Assembly (NCBI GenBank): GCA_964541025.1
Contig: CAZIOW010000004.1
Span: 1 to 54,950 of the forward strand
Source of the DNA: an uncultured Thermoplasmatales archaeon
GTDB taxonomy: Archaea; Thermoplasmatota; Thermoplasmata; Thermoplasmatales; GCA-001856825
Direction: 5' to 3'
DNA length: 54,950 nt
In this document: in pieces, positions 1-10,046 of the stretch
Position numbering within the stretch: the stretch's first letter is position 1
How the letters are laid out: every line of letters begins with the position of its first letter
Position numbers and translations under genes: made by a program
Notes under the pieces: model-generated
The model's input: the letters and a program-made list of their open reading frames with translations, nothing else
Database searches by the model: none
What the model was told of the DNA's origin: nothing

Positions 1-110
1 GCAACATTGGATTGATAAAAGTAGGGAAGGGCATTCCCGAATTCACGCCTGTGGAAAGTGCTACAGCGGCGGAACTCTCAAAAGGGGGTCTACGAGTTGC
101 CACTCTGTGA
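1..110 (+). mobile_element. tnpB: 3' end of IS200/IS605-family tnpB (truncated by window start)
   Basis: Frame from nt 3 reads NIGLIKVGKGIPEFTPVESATAAELSKGGLRVATL* (TGA 108-110); the GL..VG.G.PE.TPVE tail is typical of TnpB C-termini. Confidence 0.8.
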
Positions 111-148
111 ATCAGGAACCTCAAACGCTTCAGCGATGAAAGGATGAC
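108..148 (+). mobile_element. IS200/IS605 right end / 3' part of the omegaRNA scaffold
   Basis: tgaatcaggaacctcaaacgcttcagcgatgaaaggatgac: imperfect subterminal hairpin (tca..cgct-tc-agcg.tga) ending in GGATGAC, directly after the tnpB stop. Confidence 0.6.
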
Positions 149-164
149 AGCACAAGGATAACAT

Positions 165-950
165 CCACAAAAGTGAAATTATTCCGAAAAAAACCAAGAA
201 AATTCTTCTAAAAAAGTACGTTGGTAGCTGACCCTTGCCTATAATTATTTTCAGTCAAAGAGAGACTAATAATACGTGAGGATTCAGAGAGACTATCTCT
301 GACCTATCTGTATACGCAAAACTGACTCACAGAACTCAAAAGAATTATAATTCGCTACATGAAATAGATTTTCAATCATTTCTGATTTCTCTCTGTTTTC
401 TAGATAATGCTTCCAAAAATTCCTTCCACATTAAAGCTGAACTTTAAAGATTTAAAAAAATTAATATTTAGCCTCACCACTGAATTTAGCCATAAATGAA
501 AATAAACTTTACTTTTTAAACTTCATAGAGAGTATACAATTAAAGGGATCTGAATAGAAGCGCTCGAAAATAAAGAGTAAAAAACTGATATTCATAACAA
601 AGAATGCAGGAGGTTATTTTTCTTCAATAATTTATGAAATTAAAAGAAATTATCCAAAAAAGAATAATGTGAAAATAGACTGATTTAATGCATGATCAAA
701 ACTCTGTTCTAACTGTGAAAACATAAAACACCATCTAAACCTTTCTTAAAATATGCGATATATGTTGTTTATAAAATACAGAGAATAAAGCGCATTCATA
801 AACAAAATGAAGATTGGATTGATAAGGATAAGGCTTTATAGCCAAAATTCACGCCTTTGGAGAACGCTACCTTTGAATTTTATTGTATATATCCATAAAG
901 GCAAAGTTGATGGTTGAATCATATAACCAAGAGGCTTTAACTGAGGAGTT
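165..950 (+). pseudogene. tnpB: Decayed, internally deleted tnpB pseudogene
   Basis: Colinear TnpB-like fragments with stops and frameshifts: ILLKKYVGS*/AYNYF (~200-250), EIDFQSFLISLCFLDNASKNSF..*RFKK (361-459), ITKNAGGYFSSIIYE (~595-640), SKLCSNC (696-716), CDIC (754-765), SAFINKMKIGLI (~790-825). Shares attggattgataa and aattcacgcct with nt 6-50. Confidence 0.75.
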
Positions 951-960
951 TCTCCATCCA

Positions 961-1686
961 TTATAAACTGAATATTGATAGATTCTCTTCCTCCTGAAAA
1001 TGCAGCTCTCCTGGAATAATGATTGTAATTGGTGGTTTCATATTGCTTTCCGATTTCATTCTTTCCAACGTATTGAATTTTATATCTTCTTCTGGCATTC
1101 CAAGGCGGCTTATAACACCTATTTTTGTAGTTGACTTGAATACACCACCTCTCATTTCATTCTCCAGCCATGTTAATTCATCAATTGCCTCATTTAGCGT
1201 CATAGGTGGGGATATATCAAGCAGTATTATTGTATGCAATTTCATCTCTATGTTTCTCTTGATCTTATCATAGGGAGAGGTGGGATGGAAATTTTCTGAG
1301 AATCTTGGAAGAGAGACCACCGGACCTATTTTGTATAATTGAAGACCAAGTCTTGTGGCTGCGAGAGGGACTATTGTAGCATTGTGAAATACCTTAACGT
1401 CTATATTTCTCTTTATAGCATCCGTGTAGATATTGAAATGAGTTGTTGCTGAGAATGAATCCCCTGATATTATTATGGCTATTCTTCCTTCCAGTTCAAA
1501 TATCCACTCATAATTTTCAAGCCTATCTCTGTCAGCAAAAATTAGTTCTCTGGACTTGTAACTTTTAATGTAAAAGGGAGAGGTGAAAGTATCAACAATT
1601 ATCCTGTCACTCTTGTCTAGAAAATCTATCTCTTCTTGTGTGAGAGAAGCCGGTGGATTGAAGCCTGCAGATATGAAACCGATCAT
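961..1686 (-). CDS. dph5: Diphthine (methyl ester) synthase
   Basis: GDSFSATTH, GLQLYKIG and LHTIILLDI motifs of the Dph5 methylase family. Confidence 0.9.
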   Translation of the reverse strand: MIGFISAGFNPPASLTQEEIDFLDKSDRIIVDTFTSPFYIKSYKSRELIFADRDRLENYEWIFELEGRIAIIISGDSFSATTHFNIYTDAIKRNIDVKVFHNATIVPLAATRLGLQLYKIGPVVSLPRFSENFHPTSPYDKIKRNIEMKLHTIILLDISPPMTLNEAIDELTWLENEMRGGVFKSTTKIGVISRLGMPEEDIKFNTLERMKSESNMKPPITIIIPGELHFQEEENLSIFSL

Positions 1687-2432
1687 GAAAGGTCACCGAC
1701 CGTTCCTAGGTCTATAATTCCATAAGATTCCCATAATCCATAAACCTTTCCCTGTTTCAAATTGACCTTCTTTAGGACTGGAGATGATATTTCATTTTTC
1801 AGGATATCTGACCCTCCTGCGTATATTGACAGAGCTGGAAGAACTATCAGTCCTTCCTTCCTGAAATATAAAAAGCACGGGAGCTTAATAACTGAATCGA
1901 CTGAATCCCTCAATCCTATTGCAGGATGCTCATTTCCAATTACTGCCTTGTCCTTCCATTCGAATTTTTTGTGACCGTGATGAAATGTGTATCTTCCCTC
2001 ATTGTAAATATCAAATACCTCCAAATTAAGCTTGGTTGCAATATTAGCTATGAAATTATCATGATTCCCTTTTACCACAATTGGTTTCGTTTTACTTGAT
2101 ATTCTTGATAGTAATTCAAAAACATCACTCCATTCCTGTGGGGTATTATGTGAGAATTCGTGTTTCAAGTCTCCATTTATTATCAATTTTTCTGGGTTGT
2201 ATCGCTCAATTATTCTATCTATTGTCTCATATATTATCTTTGACTGGACCCTAGGAAGGAATATTCCATTTTTAGCCAGCACGTCTTCATACCCCATGTG
2301 TATATCTGATATGGCGATTGCTGAAATGTCCTCAAAATATGCTGCACCGTATTTTGTAAAATATATATTATTATCTACTTCAATCTCGTCCAACACTTGA
2401 TAATTATTTTTACTTAATCTAATTATCTTCAT
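1683..2432 (-). CDS. Calcineurin-like metallophosphoesterase (start ATG 2432 or GTG 2396; the ORF-track start at 2567 overlaps thiL)
   Basis: SDIHMG, NGDLKH, GNHD, HGH, EHP motifs. Confidence 0.85.
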   Translation of the reverse strand: MKIIRLSKNNYQVLDEIEVDNNIYFTKYGAAYFEDISAIAISDIHMGYEDVLAKNGIFLPRVQSKIIYETIDRIIERYNPEKLIINGDLKHEFSHNTPQEWSDVFELLSRISSKTKPIVVKGNHDNFIANIATKLNLEVFDIYNEGRYTFHHGHKKFEWKDKAVIGNEHPAIGLRDSVDSVIKLPCFLYFRKEGLIVLPALSIYAGGSDILKNEISSPVLKKVNLKQGKVYGLWESYGIIDLGTVGDLS

Positions 2433-2434
2433 GC

Positions 2435-3307
2435 ATGGAGATAAAGGAATTAGGAGAGAGAAAAGTAATTGAAGAAATATGGAAATTATTTGGGGAAAAG
2501 AATGAAGACGAAGATGTTCATTTTGTTGATTTAAATGACTATTATATTTTAATGGCGATGGATACAATTAATGAAAATTATCATTTTATGAAGGACTGGG
2601 ACCCTAAGAAAATAGGTAGATTCATAGTTGATATCAATTTGAGTGATATTGCTTCAAAAAATGGGACTCCAATGGATTTTATGGTCTCTATGTCCTTTCC
2701 ATCAAATGTAGACAATGATTACGTTTTAAAACTGACTGAAGGAATAAAGGAAGAATGTATAAGATATAATCTAAAATTTTCAGGAGGAGACCTAAAGGAA
2801 AGTGATAAAATAACACTCACCGGTCTGGTTATTGGAAGAGTTGACAAAGGCAGAGAATTCAGGAGGAATGGAGCACGCCCTGGGGATTATGTTTACATAA
2901 CAGGAAGGATAGGAAAAAATGAAGATGCAATAATGAAAATGGGTATTGATAATGAAAGCAGGGAGAGAGTTCTTGAGATAACCCCCAGGCTGGATGCATT
3001 AAAAAGGATGAATACGTTTCGGATAACATCCTGCATTGACAACTCTGATGGTATTTACAAGTCATTGAGTTTGATTTCAAAATTGAGCGGTGTAGCAATA
3101 CGAATAAAAGAAAATGTGTGTGAGCATAAAGATGAAAGCTTGCGAAAGAAGTGCTACAATCTTGGAGGTGATTATGAATTAATTTTCACCTCACCTGATA
3201 AAATAAATGATTATTACCTCCTGGGTATCGTAGAAAAAGGTAGCGGGGTTTATGATATTGATAATACTTTAGTAACATCTGCAGGATATGATCATTTTAG
3301 AACGTGA
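2435..3307 (+). CDS. thiL: Thiamine-monophosphate kinase
   Basis: LGE N-terminus, NLSDIAS, GGD, R.GARPGD, DNSDG, GGDYEL and GYDHF C-terminus. Confidence 0.92.
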   Translation: MEIKELGERKVIEEIWKLFGEKNEDEDVHFVDLNDYYILMAMDTINENYHFMKDWDPKKIGRFIVDINLSDIASKNGTPMDFMVSMSFPSNVDNDYVLKLTEGIKEECIRYNLKFSGGDLKESDKITLTGLVIGRVDKGREFRRNGARPGDYVYITGRIGKNEDAIMKMGIDNESRERVLEITPRLDALKRMNTFRITSCIDNSDGIYKSLSLISKLSGVAIRIKENVCEHKDESLRKKCYNLGGDYELIFTSPDKINDYYLLGIVEKGSGVYDIDNTLVTSAGYDHFRT

Positions 3308-3426
3308 TGATATTTACGCTAGGATGTGTAATGCTGGTGGGGAGTGATTATTTCAGTAATTATTTTGTTTGAGATATTGCATAAAATTTTATTTCATGAC
3401 ACTATACTGTAATTGGGCTGATTCTG

Positions 3427-4005
3427 TTGGTCAGAAGAGTAATATTGATGAGACATGGTGAAAGCATAGCGAATGTAATGAATATTATTACTGAAGATCC
3501 GGATGAGCATCCTCTAACGGAAAGGGGAATTGAGCAGGTCCTTTTCTCGGCTGAGCAGATGAAGGGGCTTAAGTTTAAGGGCATTATTTCCAGCCCCATA
3601 TTGAGGGCCAGACAGACCGCCAAAACAGTGGCTGATGTTCTCAACCTTGAAATAAGGACAGACAAGAGGATAAGGGAGTCTGGACTTGGCCCATATAATA
3701 AGTACAGGATAGAAGATATTCCGAAGATGAACAGGGAAGACCTTGGGATGGAGCCATGGGACGCACAGGTAAAGAGGATGAGAAGTGCACTTAATGATGT
3801 TGATGGCTGTTATATTATGGTGAGTCATGCATTACCTATAAGGGCAGTGACAGCCAGCTTTCTGGAGATGGATGAAAAGGAAAGTTATGGAATAGATATC
3901 AAGCACGCATCAATGACAGCGATAGATCTTGACAGGAATAAACTGCTCTCAATCGGAACGCTTCTATTGACAGATAGAATAAAGAAACTCTTTATGGAGT
4001 GTTAG
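3427..4005 (+). CDS. Histidine phosphatase / cofactor-dependent phosphoglycerate mutase family protein
   Basis: RHGES, SSPILRARQTA and SH motifs. Confidence 0.85.
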   Translation: MVRRVILMRHGESIANVMNIITEDPDEHPLTERGIEQVLFSAEQMKGLKFKGIISSPILRARQTAKTVADVLNLEIRTDKRIRESGLGPYNKYRIEDIPKMNREDLGMEPWDAQVKRMRSALNDVDGCYIMVSHALPIRAVTASFLEMDEKESYGIDIKHASMTAIDLDRNKLLSIGTLLLTDRIKKLFMEC

Positions 4006-4418
4006 TCAAAATTAAGTTCATTTAGGCCTGTGACTTCATTCTTTTCTCTCTTGAGAACGATCTCTTCCAATCTTAATATGTATAACTCCATTAGAGGATC
4101 TGCCTTTCCACTGAAGAAATGACCACCTCTTACTAAATGATCTGAAAGTGCAACTGCCACATGCAAGTGAAGTTTTGGATCGTTTGAAGTAATTGAACCG
4201 TGAAATGAAACTAGTTCGCCTGATTCCTTCATTTTTTCCCTAATATATTCTTTTCCATTCCAGTAACCGATTTCAAGGTCCCTTATCATTCCTATTCCGA
4301 AAACTACTAGCCCCGAGAATATAGCATAATCTTCAATAACTTGATTTAGACTCTCCTCAATATCTTCACCTTTTTCTATTTTGAGGATGATGTAATTCTT
4401 TTCTATGTCAGATATCAT
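4002..4418 (-). CDS. PPC domain (DUF296) protein
   Basis: ELVSFHGSI, HLHVAV and GGH motifs. Confidence 0.85.
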   Translation of the reverse strand: MISDIEKNYIILKIEKGEDIEESLNQVIEDYAIFSGLVVFGIGMIRDLEIGYWNGKEYIREKMKESGELVSFHGSITSNDPKLHLHVAVALSDHLVRGGHFFSGKADPLMELYILRLEEIVLKREKNEVTGLNELNFD

Positions 4419-4785
4419 AATCCATCAATTTGAATCTATATATTAATGGTTTCCCATCCCTCAGTGAATCATATTTACACTTTTTACACTTATATCCCAG
4501 AACTTTTCTTTTACCTTCCAATGTTATTCCTCTATACGGGAATAACTTATTGCCACACACTGGACACTTTCTGCCTACATTTTTCCACTTTTTTGAAAAC
4601 TCAACATCGACCCTGATATGAGGGATATCATAAACAATCTTCCTTAATCTTGATGGTGTTATTCCAATGCCTTTTTCCCTTAATTTATTGATCAGGTTTA
4701 TTTCCCCTTTAACCTCTCCCTCCCTCTTCAATATCTCGAATAGATAAAGTATGATCTCTGACTGGTTAGCTCTCTTTGGCATCAA
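4408..4785 (-). CDS. Hypothetical basic protein with C-terminal zinc ribbon
   Basis: CPVC...CKKC pair; overlaps the DUF296 gene and lies downstream of valS. Confidence 0.7.
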   Translation of the reverse strand: MMPKRANQSEIILYLFEILKREGEVKGEINLINKLREKGIGITPSRLRKIVYDIPHIRVDVEFSKKWKNVGRKCPVCGNKLFPYRGITLEGKRKVLGYKCKKCKYDSLRDGKPLIYRFKLMDYDI

Positions 4786-4815
4786 TTTTATAACATTTTC
4801 TTAGATTAATATTTA

Positions 4816-7368
4816 TCATATCCGCAGTGATACGCAGCAATAATTGCCGCACGAAACATTTTGACCATCGATGCTATATCTTTTTACAGTTGATATTCTA
4901 TCACTCTCAATGACCAATCCTTCGTAAACAATTTCCTTTTCATTCAGCAGATATAAATTATTCATAAGATATTCCTGAAAAGATGCGGCCTTTTCACGTA
5001 ATTTAGTGAATATTTCAGGCGATAGTTTTATTGAAATTATTTCCTCATTTATCTTTTTGTTAATTATTTTTATTTCTTTAGACCGGATAGTGTTTTTAAC
5101 ATTTTCAATGTCAATTTCAGGGTCTCCTATGGGATAAACTGATGCTTCTGAAATTTCTTGGCTCAGTGGTATTCTGTTTTCAACCTTCATGCTTCTGATA
5201 AGGGATATTGCCTCAATGGTTCTCTCGCCTTTGATTGCCTCTTTTTCATCATATCCTTCATTTTCCGGCCATAATTCTTCAAATATGCTTCTTTTATTCC
5301 TCTTTTCCTTGAATAATCTCTGATAAGAATCCTCTGTTATGAATGGGAATATAGGGGATATCATTATTAGAGATGATAGAAGTACTTTTGATACGTTATT
5401 ATAGGCTATTTTCTGGTTCATTCTGTGCTTGACGGCTTCAACGTAGTTATCAGCAAATTTATGCCATATGAAATCTTCCAGCTTCTTTATTGCTAGATCA
5501 TACTGATAATTTTCCATGTGCTCATCTACTTCCTTTATTGCAGAGTCAAGTTCCCTGATTATCCAGTGATCAATTGGCCTTATCGCGCCCTCCTCTGTCT
5601 GTTTGTTATCATAAAATTCCAGGAAATTCACTAGATTGTGTATCTTGTTTACGAATCTCTGACCTCTGACAAGATCCCTTTCTTTGAATGGAGTATCTTC
5701 ACCAAGAGAGCACTGCGCTGTAAAATATCTGAATGGATCTGCTCCATATTTATCTAGAAGAACTAGTGGATCTATAACATTCCCCCAGGATGCGTGCATC
5801 GGTCTTCCATCCGGAGACATTATGTTGCCATCAACCATTATCTCTTCCCACGGGTTTTTATCGGTTATAAGATTTGACCGCAATATGCTGTAGAATGCCC
5901 ATGTCCTAATTATATCCTGCCCCTGCGGCCTCAGGTTCATTGGATAAAGTTTCCTGAAAAGTTTATCATCTCTTTCATAAAATGTGTTGAATAATGGGGA
6001 GATTGAAGAATCCATCCAGGTATCGAATACCTCATCACTTCCCTTCAATTCTGATCCGCATATTGGACATTTTTCGTATGGCGGAGCATCTATCAATGGA
6101 TCAACATAGCACTGTTCTTCCCTTGCAATTATGTCGTGGCCTTTTTCGCATGTCCATACAGGTATAGGAGTCGCAAAGTATCTCTGTCTTGATATTACCC
6201 AGTCCCACGATAAGGAATCAATCCAGTCATCCAGTCTTCTTTTCATGAAAAGAGGATGCCATTTCAATTCATTAGCCCATCTTTTGAGGTCTTCCTTGAA
6301 TTCCACAGTTTTAACAAACCACTGCTCTTTTTGAAGGAATTCAAGTGGAGAGCTGCATCTCCAGCATGTACCGACATTGTGTGAAATTTTTTTGGAACCG
6401 ATGAATAAACCTTGTTTCTTCAATTCTTCTATTATCTGCTTTTTTGCCTCTTTTGAATCCATTCCAGCGTACTTACCTGCTATTTCAGTTAACTTTCCCC
6501 TTTCATCTATACTCTTTAAGAAGGGGAGTGAATGCCTGTAGATCATCTTCAGATCATCCTTGTCTCCAACAGAGCATATCATCTCGGCACCGGTACCGAA
6601 ATCAATGAGCACATCCCTGTCTGCGATTATTTTCACTTTCCTGCCAAAAATAGGTATATCAACCTCCTTACCAATAATATTTGAATATCTTTTGTCATCA
6701 GGATTCACAGCAACAGCTAGGCAGGCCGGCAGGAGCTCCGGTCTGGTGGTTGCGATGATTAAATCGAAACCTTCTCCCTTGAATTTTATTTCATTTAGAT
6801 CAACATCCCTCTCTTCATAGACTATCTCAGATTCTGCTATTGCAGTTTCACATCTTGGGCACCAATTTACAGGATGGGTACCCTTATATATCAAACCTTT
6901 ATTATACATTTTAATGAATGAAATTTGAGTCAATTTCCTGTAGTACTCTCCATCAGTTCTGTAATACAGGGAAGGATCTGCGTTTACCCCCAAGAGCTCA
7001 AATTGATTGGTCATTGCATCTATATTCTCATCAGCAAATTTTTCACATAGTTTAACAAATTCTTCCCTGGGATAATCTCTCATCCTTATCCCGTATTTTT
7101 TTTCAACATTAACTTCAATTGGCATACCATTTACATCAAAGCAGAGTGGGAAATAAACCTCGTTTCCCTTCAATCTTTTATATTTGGCTACAAAGTCCAT
7201 GTGACTGTAATGGAATGCATGACCAATATGCAGCTTGCCCGAGGCATACCTTGGAGGTGTATCTAAGCTGAATGTTGGTCTGTCAGAATAAAAATTATAT
7301 TGGAATATTTTCTCCTTTGCCCAGTATTCCCGCCATTTAGCTTCGCTTTCCTTAATATTATATGGCAT
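4816..7368 (-). CDS. valS: Valine--tRNA ligase (archaeal type)
   Basis: DTPP, HIGH, WCPRCETA, TTRPE, WVISRQR, DTWMDS, RPQGQDIIRTWAF; the KMSKS position reads PMHAS. Confidence 0.95.
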   Translation of the reverse strand: MPYNIKESEAKWREYWAKEKIFQYNFYSDRPTFSLDTPPRYASGKLHIGHAFHYSHMDFVAKYKRLKGNEVYFPLCFDVNGMPIEVNVEKKYGIRMRDYPREEFVKLCEKFADENIDAMTNQFELLGVNADPSLYYRTDGEYYRKLTQISFIKMYNKGLIYKGTHPVNWCPRCETAIAESEIVYEERDVDLNEIKFKGEGFDLIIATTRPELLPACLAVAVNPDDKRYSNIIGKEVDIPIFGRKVKIIADRDVLIDFGTGAEMICSVGDKDDLKMIYRHSLPFLKSIDERGKLTEIAGKYAGMDSKEAKKQIIEELKKQGLFIGSKKISHNVGTCWRCSSPLEFLQKEQWFVKTVEFKEDLKRWANELKWHPLFMKRRLDDWIDSLSWDWVISRQRYFATPIPVWTCEKGHDIIAREEQCYVDPLIDAPPYEKCPICGSELKGSDEVFDTWMDSSISPLFNTFYERDDKLFRKLYPMNLRPQGQDIIRTWAFYSILRSNLITDKNPWEEIMVDGNIMSPDGRPMHASWGNVIDPLVLLDKYGADPFRYFTAQCSLGEDTPFKERDLVRGQRFVNKIHNLVNFLEFYDNKQTEEGAIRPIDHWIIRELDSAIKEVDEHMENYQYDLAIKKLEDFIWHKFADNYVEAVKHRMNQKIAYNNVSKVLLSSLIMISPIFPFITEDSYQRLFKEKRNKRSIFEELWPENEGYDEKEAIKGERTIEAISLIRSMKVENRIPLSQEISEASVYPIGDPEIDIENVKNTIRSKEIKIINKKINEEIISIKLSPEIFTKLREKAASFQEYLMNNLYLLNEKEIVYEGLVIESDRISTVKRYSIDGQNVSCGNYCCVSLRI

Positions 7369-7403
7369 CCAACTCTTATGAATAATAATTAAAAAAGATT
7401 TCC

Positions 7404-7862
7404 TTAATGTTTTTTGCTGTTTATATCCAATTTCAGTGTTCTGATCATTTTTACAAGCGATTCCACTGCCCTGGATGAATACTCTTCCATCCTAGCAACA
7501 GCTTGTTCGTGTGTAGCTCCTGGACCTATTATCCCCAGTGTGACGGGCTTATCGTAAACATCTGAATAATCTACCAGTTTCCTTACTGCTTGGTTTATTA
7601 CAAGATCGTCGTGCTTTGTTTCCCCCTTTATTACAGCTCCAATGACTGCGACTCCATCTATATCTTTTCTCTGTAGTAGATATTTAACGGCAAGTGGTGT
7701 GTCAAATACGCCGGGTACCTTCACTACCTCTGTTTCTGCGCCAAGTAGTTCTGCATGTTCCTGTGCCTTCTTTTCCATCAAAAATGTGATATCGTAATTG
7801 AATTCCGACACTACTATTCCGAGTTTCATAACATCATTCCTCTTCCAAAATTGATCCCGCAT
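7404..7862 (-). CDS. ribH: 6,7-dimethyl-8-ribityllumazine synthase (likely start at MKLGIVV)
   Basis: [25 protein letters not shown]. Confidence 0.95.
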   Translation of the reverse strand: MRDQFWKRNDVMKLGIVVSEFNYDITFLMEKKAQEHAELLGAETEVVKVPGVFDTPLAVKYLLQRKDIDGVAVIGAVIKGETKHDDLVINQAVRKLVDYSDVYDKPVTLGIIGPGATHEQAVARMEEYSSRAVESLVKMIRTLKLDINSKKH

Positions 7863-8304
7863 TATTATATCCTTGTCTTAAACCCTTACCTGCATTTTGT
7901 GTCAGGGCACCTCCACCGAATTTTATTAATTTTACAAGATTTATGGCGTGTTTAGTAGCCCTGTCTTTAGCTAATGAAAAAAGCTTTTCTTCCTCCACCT
8001 CGTCCTCATGAATTGTTACATCCATTATGTGTTTATGATTCAAAATTTGGGCCTGTATTAACCCTATGCTTGTCGCAAGATAGCTGTACTTATCCAGCTT
8101 AGTCTTGCCTACCCAACCCAGTGTTATGACTCCCTCGCATCCCTGATCAAATAATTTCACTGCACCAACCGGCAGGTCCTTTATGCCTGGAACCGTGTAC
8201 CTCAATATCTCCGCGTCTGGATCCTCTTTCCTTATTGTATCTATGGCAATCCGGCCCATATCTACCCTGGAAAATGTTGTATCTACGACCCCAAGCTTTA
8301 CCAT
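7834..8304 (-). CDS. ribC: Archaeal riboflavin synthase
   Basis: [31 protein letters not shown]. Confidence 0.95.
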   Translation of the reverse strand: MVKLGVVDTTFSRVDMGRIAIDTIRKEDPDAEILRYTVPGIKDLPVGAVKLFDQGCEGVITLGWVGKTKLDKYSYLATSIGLIQAQILNHKHIMDVTIHEDEVEEEKLFSLAKDRATKHAINLVKLIKFGGGALTQNAGKGLRQGYNNAGSILEEE

Positions 8305-8970
8305 CTATTGCAACCCCTTCAGTAAATCTTCGCCTTCTACAAATTTTAAATCTCTTGCCTTTGCAAGCTTCTCGGCTTTCTCTCTCGGGAGACTTTTACC
8401 ATTGTCCAGCATTTCTGCTATGACCATTGATCTTGGTAGATCCAGTTTATCTGCAAGTGCTGTCACCAGCTCTGTGTGACCCTTTCTGTTTTCCAGCCCC
8501 CTTGAGGCAAGGACTGGAACGTGTCCCGGCGCATAGAAATTATTAAGGAAATAATTCATTTTGTTCCCTTCCTTCATTTCTATTAATTTATGAAGTTCCC
8601 TGATTGTTTTTGCCCTGTCAATATCATTTATTCCTGTACCGACACTTATGTGGTTCACCCATATCGTGAATGAAGGATAATCACCATAGACTGGTCTCTT
8701 GATCAATTTAGAATAAACTGGATGATCTCTCCATTCATCTGTCAGAAATTTTAGCCCTATCTCGTTAGCTTCTTCATTCCCGGTCACATAACATATAAGT
8801 CCGCCTGCATCCTTTCTCAGTATATTTATGGATTCCCAAGTAACCGCACCACCATAAAAAACCATATCAGTCTCTTCTTCCCTTCCCTTGAAATCGTACA
8901 TCACAATAGGCTTTCCCTTCAATAGATCCATTTTAATATCCGAAAGCGATAACTCCATAACTTCTCTCAT
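8305..8970 (-). CDS. ribB: 3,4-dihydroxy-2-butanone-4-phosphate synthase
   Basis: D..GREEETD, GGLIC, TGI.D.DRA.T, PGHV, RKGHTE. Confidence 0.95.
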   Translation of the reverse strand: MREVMELSLSDIKMDLLKGKPIVMYDFKGREEETDMVFYGGAVTWESINILRKDAGGLICYVTGNEEANEIGLKFLTDEWRDHPVYSKLIKRPVYGDYPSFTIWVNHISVGTGINDIDRAKTIRELHKLIEMKEGNKMNYFLNNFYAPGHVPVLASRGLENRKGHTELVTALADKLDLPRSMVIAEMLDNGKSLPREKAEKLAKARDLKFVEGEDLLKGLQ

Positions 8971-9029
8971 AAACCTTAATTTAAAAAAGATATTTTAATG
9001 TTTTCTAATATATTGGATTTACTAATAAT

Positions 9030-9977
9030 TTAGTAAAAAGCTATCCATATAAAAATTATTAACATCATAAACGATAATAACATTAACAATTGCCAACCTT
9101 TATTTTTCCAGATCAGAATTCCAGCAAAAAATGAAAAAATGGATGTTAGAAATATTGCTATTGACCCGTTTCTATCTATCAACCATCTCGTCATCACTAT
9201 TCCAAGAATTGGATAGAAAGTTGCAAAAAGAAGTTCCTCGCCTAGCAGGGCCCCGACTGCAAGGTTTATTTTTCCCCTGAAAGCCCATATCACTGCGTTC
9301 ATAGTTTCAGGAATAATCGTGCCTAAAGGTATCACTATTATTGAGACGACCTCAGCATCTAACCTGTAGGAGATGGAAATGGAATTGATGGTCTTGATAA
9401 GAATGTCTGAACCTATCAACAGTATTATAAAGCCAATAGATAACTTAATTAGCATAGGTATAGCTTTATCATTCTTCGAATTTTCCTCAGAAATATTAGT
9501 TCCTCTTTTCTGATAATAATACAGTATTATAAAATACATCAAAGCAAGAAATAATGACGTGAATATTCTTGAAAATATAATGTGAAAATAAACTGGAATC
9601 AGCATTACTGGAAACATTATCGCGATTAAAACAAATGCGCTTGAAAAAACTCTGTCCAGCTTGATAGATTTGAAACTATTTTTCCCCATGATGAAGGAGA
9701 TGGATAGCAGGAAGAAACCAAGTGATGAGACCATAAAAGGTTCTCCTATTATTGTCCCGGACGCAATATCTGATCCCTGTCCTCCTCCTACCACAATTAT
9801 TGAAATCATTATTACTACCAGCTCTGGAATAGATGTGAAAAGTGGACTGATTATCGTACCTGTAAAACTGTGGGCAAATTTAAGTCTGTTTCCTATCTGC
9901 TCGATTGATTCTGTGAACAATATTGAGGATAATATAAGAAGGAAAAGAGACAGGATAAGATATGGTATTACATCCAC
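9030..9977 (-). CDS. Sodium/calcium (CaCA family) antiporter
   Basis: About 10 hydrophobic segments with two alpha-repeat motifs, TSIPE and TIIPE. Confidence 0.8.
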   Translation of the reverse strand: MDVIPYLILSLFLLILSSILFTESIEQIGNRLKFAHSFTGTIISPLFTSIPELVVIMISIIVVGGGQGSDIASGTIIGEPFMVSSLGFFLLSISFIMGKNSFKSIKLDRVFSSAFVLIAIMFPVMLIPVYFHIIFSRIFTSLFLALMYFIILYYYQKRGTNISEENSKNDKAIPMLIKLSIGFIILLIGSDILIKTINSISISYRLDAEVVSIIVIPLGTIIPETMNAVIWAFRGKINLAVGALLGEELLFATFYPILGIVMTRWLIDRNGSIAIFLTSIFSFFAGILIWKNKGWQLLMLLSFMMLIIFIWIAFY

Positions 9978-10046
9978 AACCTGTCATAATTCGTTAGTAG
10001 AAAATATTTGGGGAATTTATTTTTAAGCTAGAATCGATAATCAAGT

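Noticed and set aside
2430-2437. Divergent ATGs only 2 nt apart (CATGCATG) for the phosphoesterase and thiL
   Set aside because: An in-frame GTG at 2396 gives a normal 38-nt AT-rich bidirectional promoter gap, so the extreme spacing is probably not real.
3304-3350. Possible C/D-box sRNA starting GTGATGA after thiL
   Set aside because: No canonical CTGA D or D' box at a suitable spacing.
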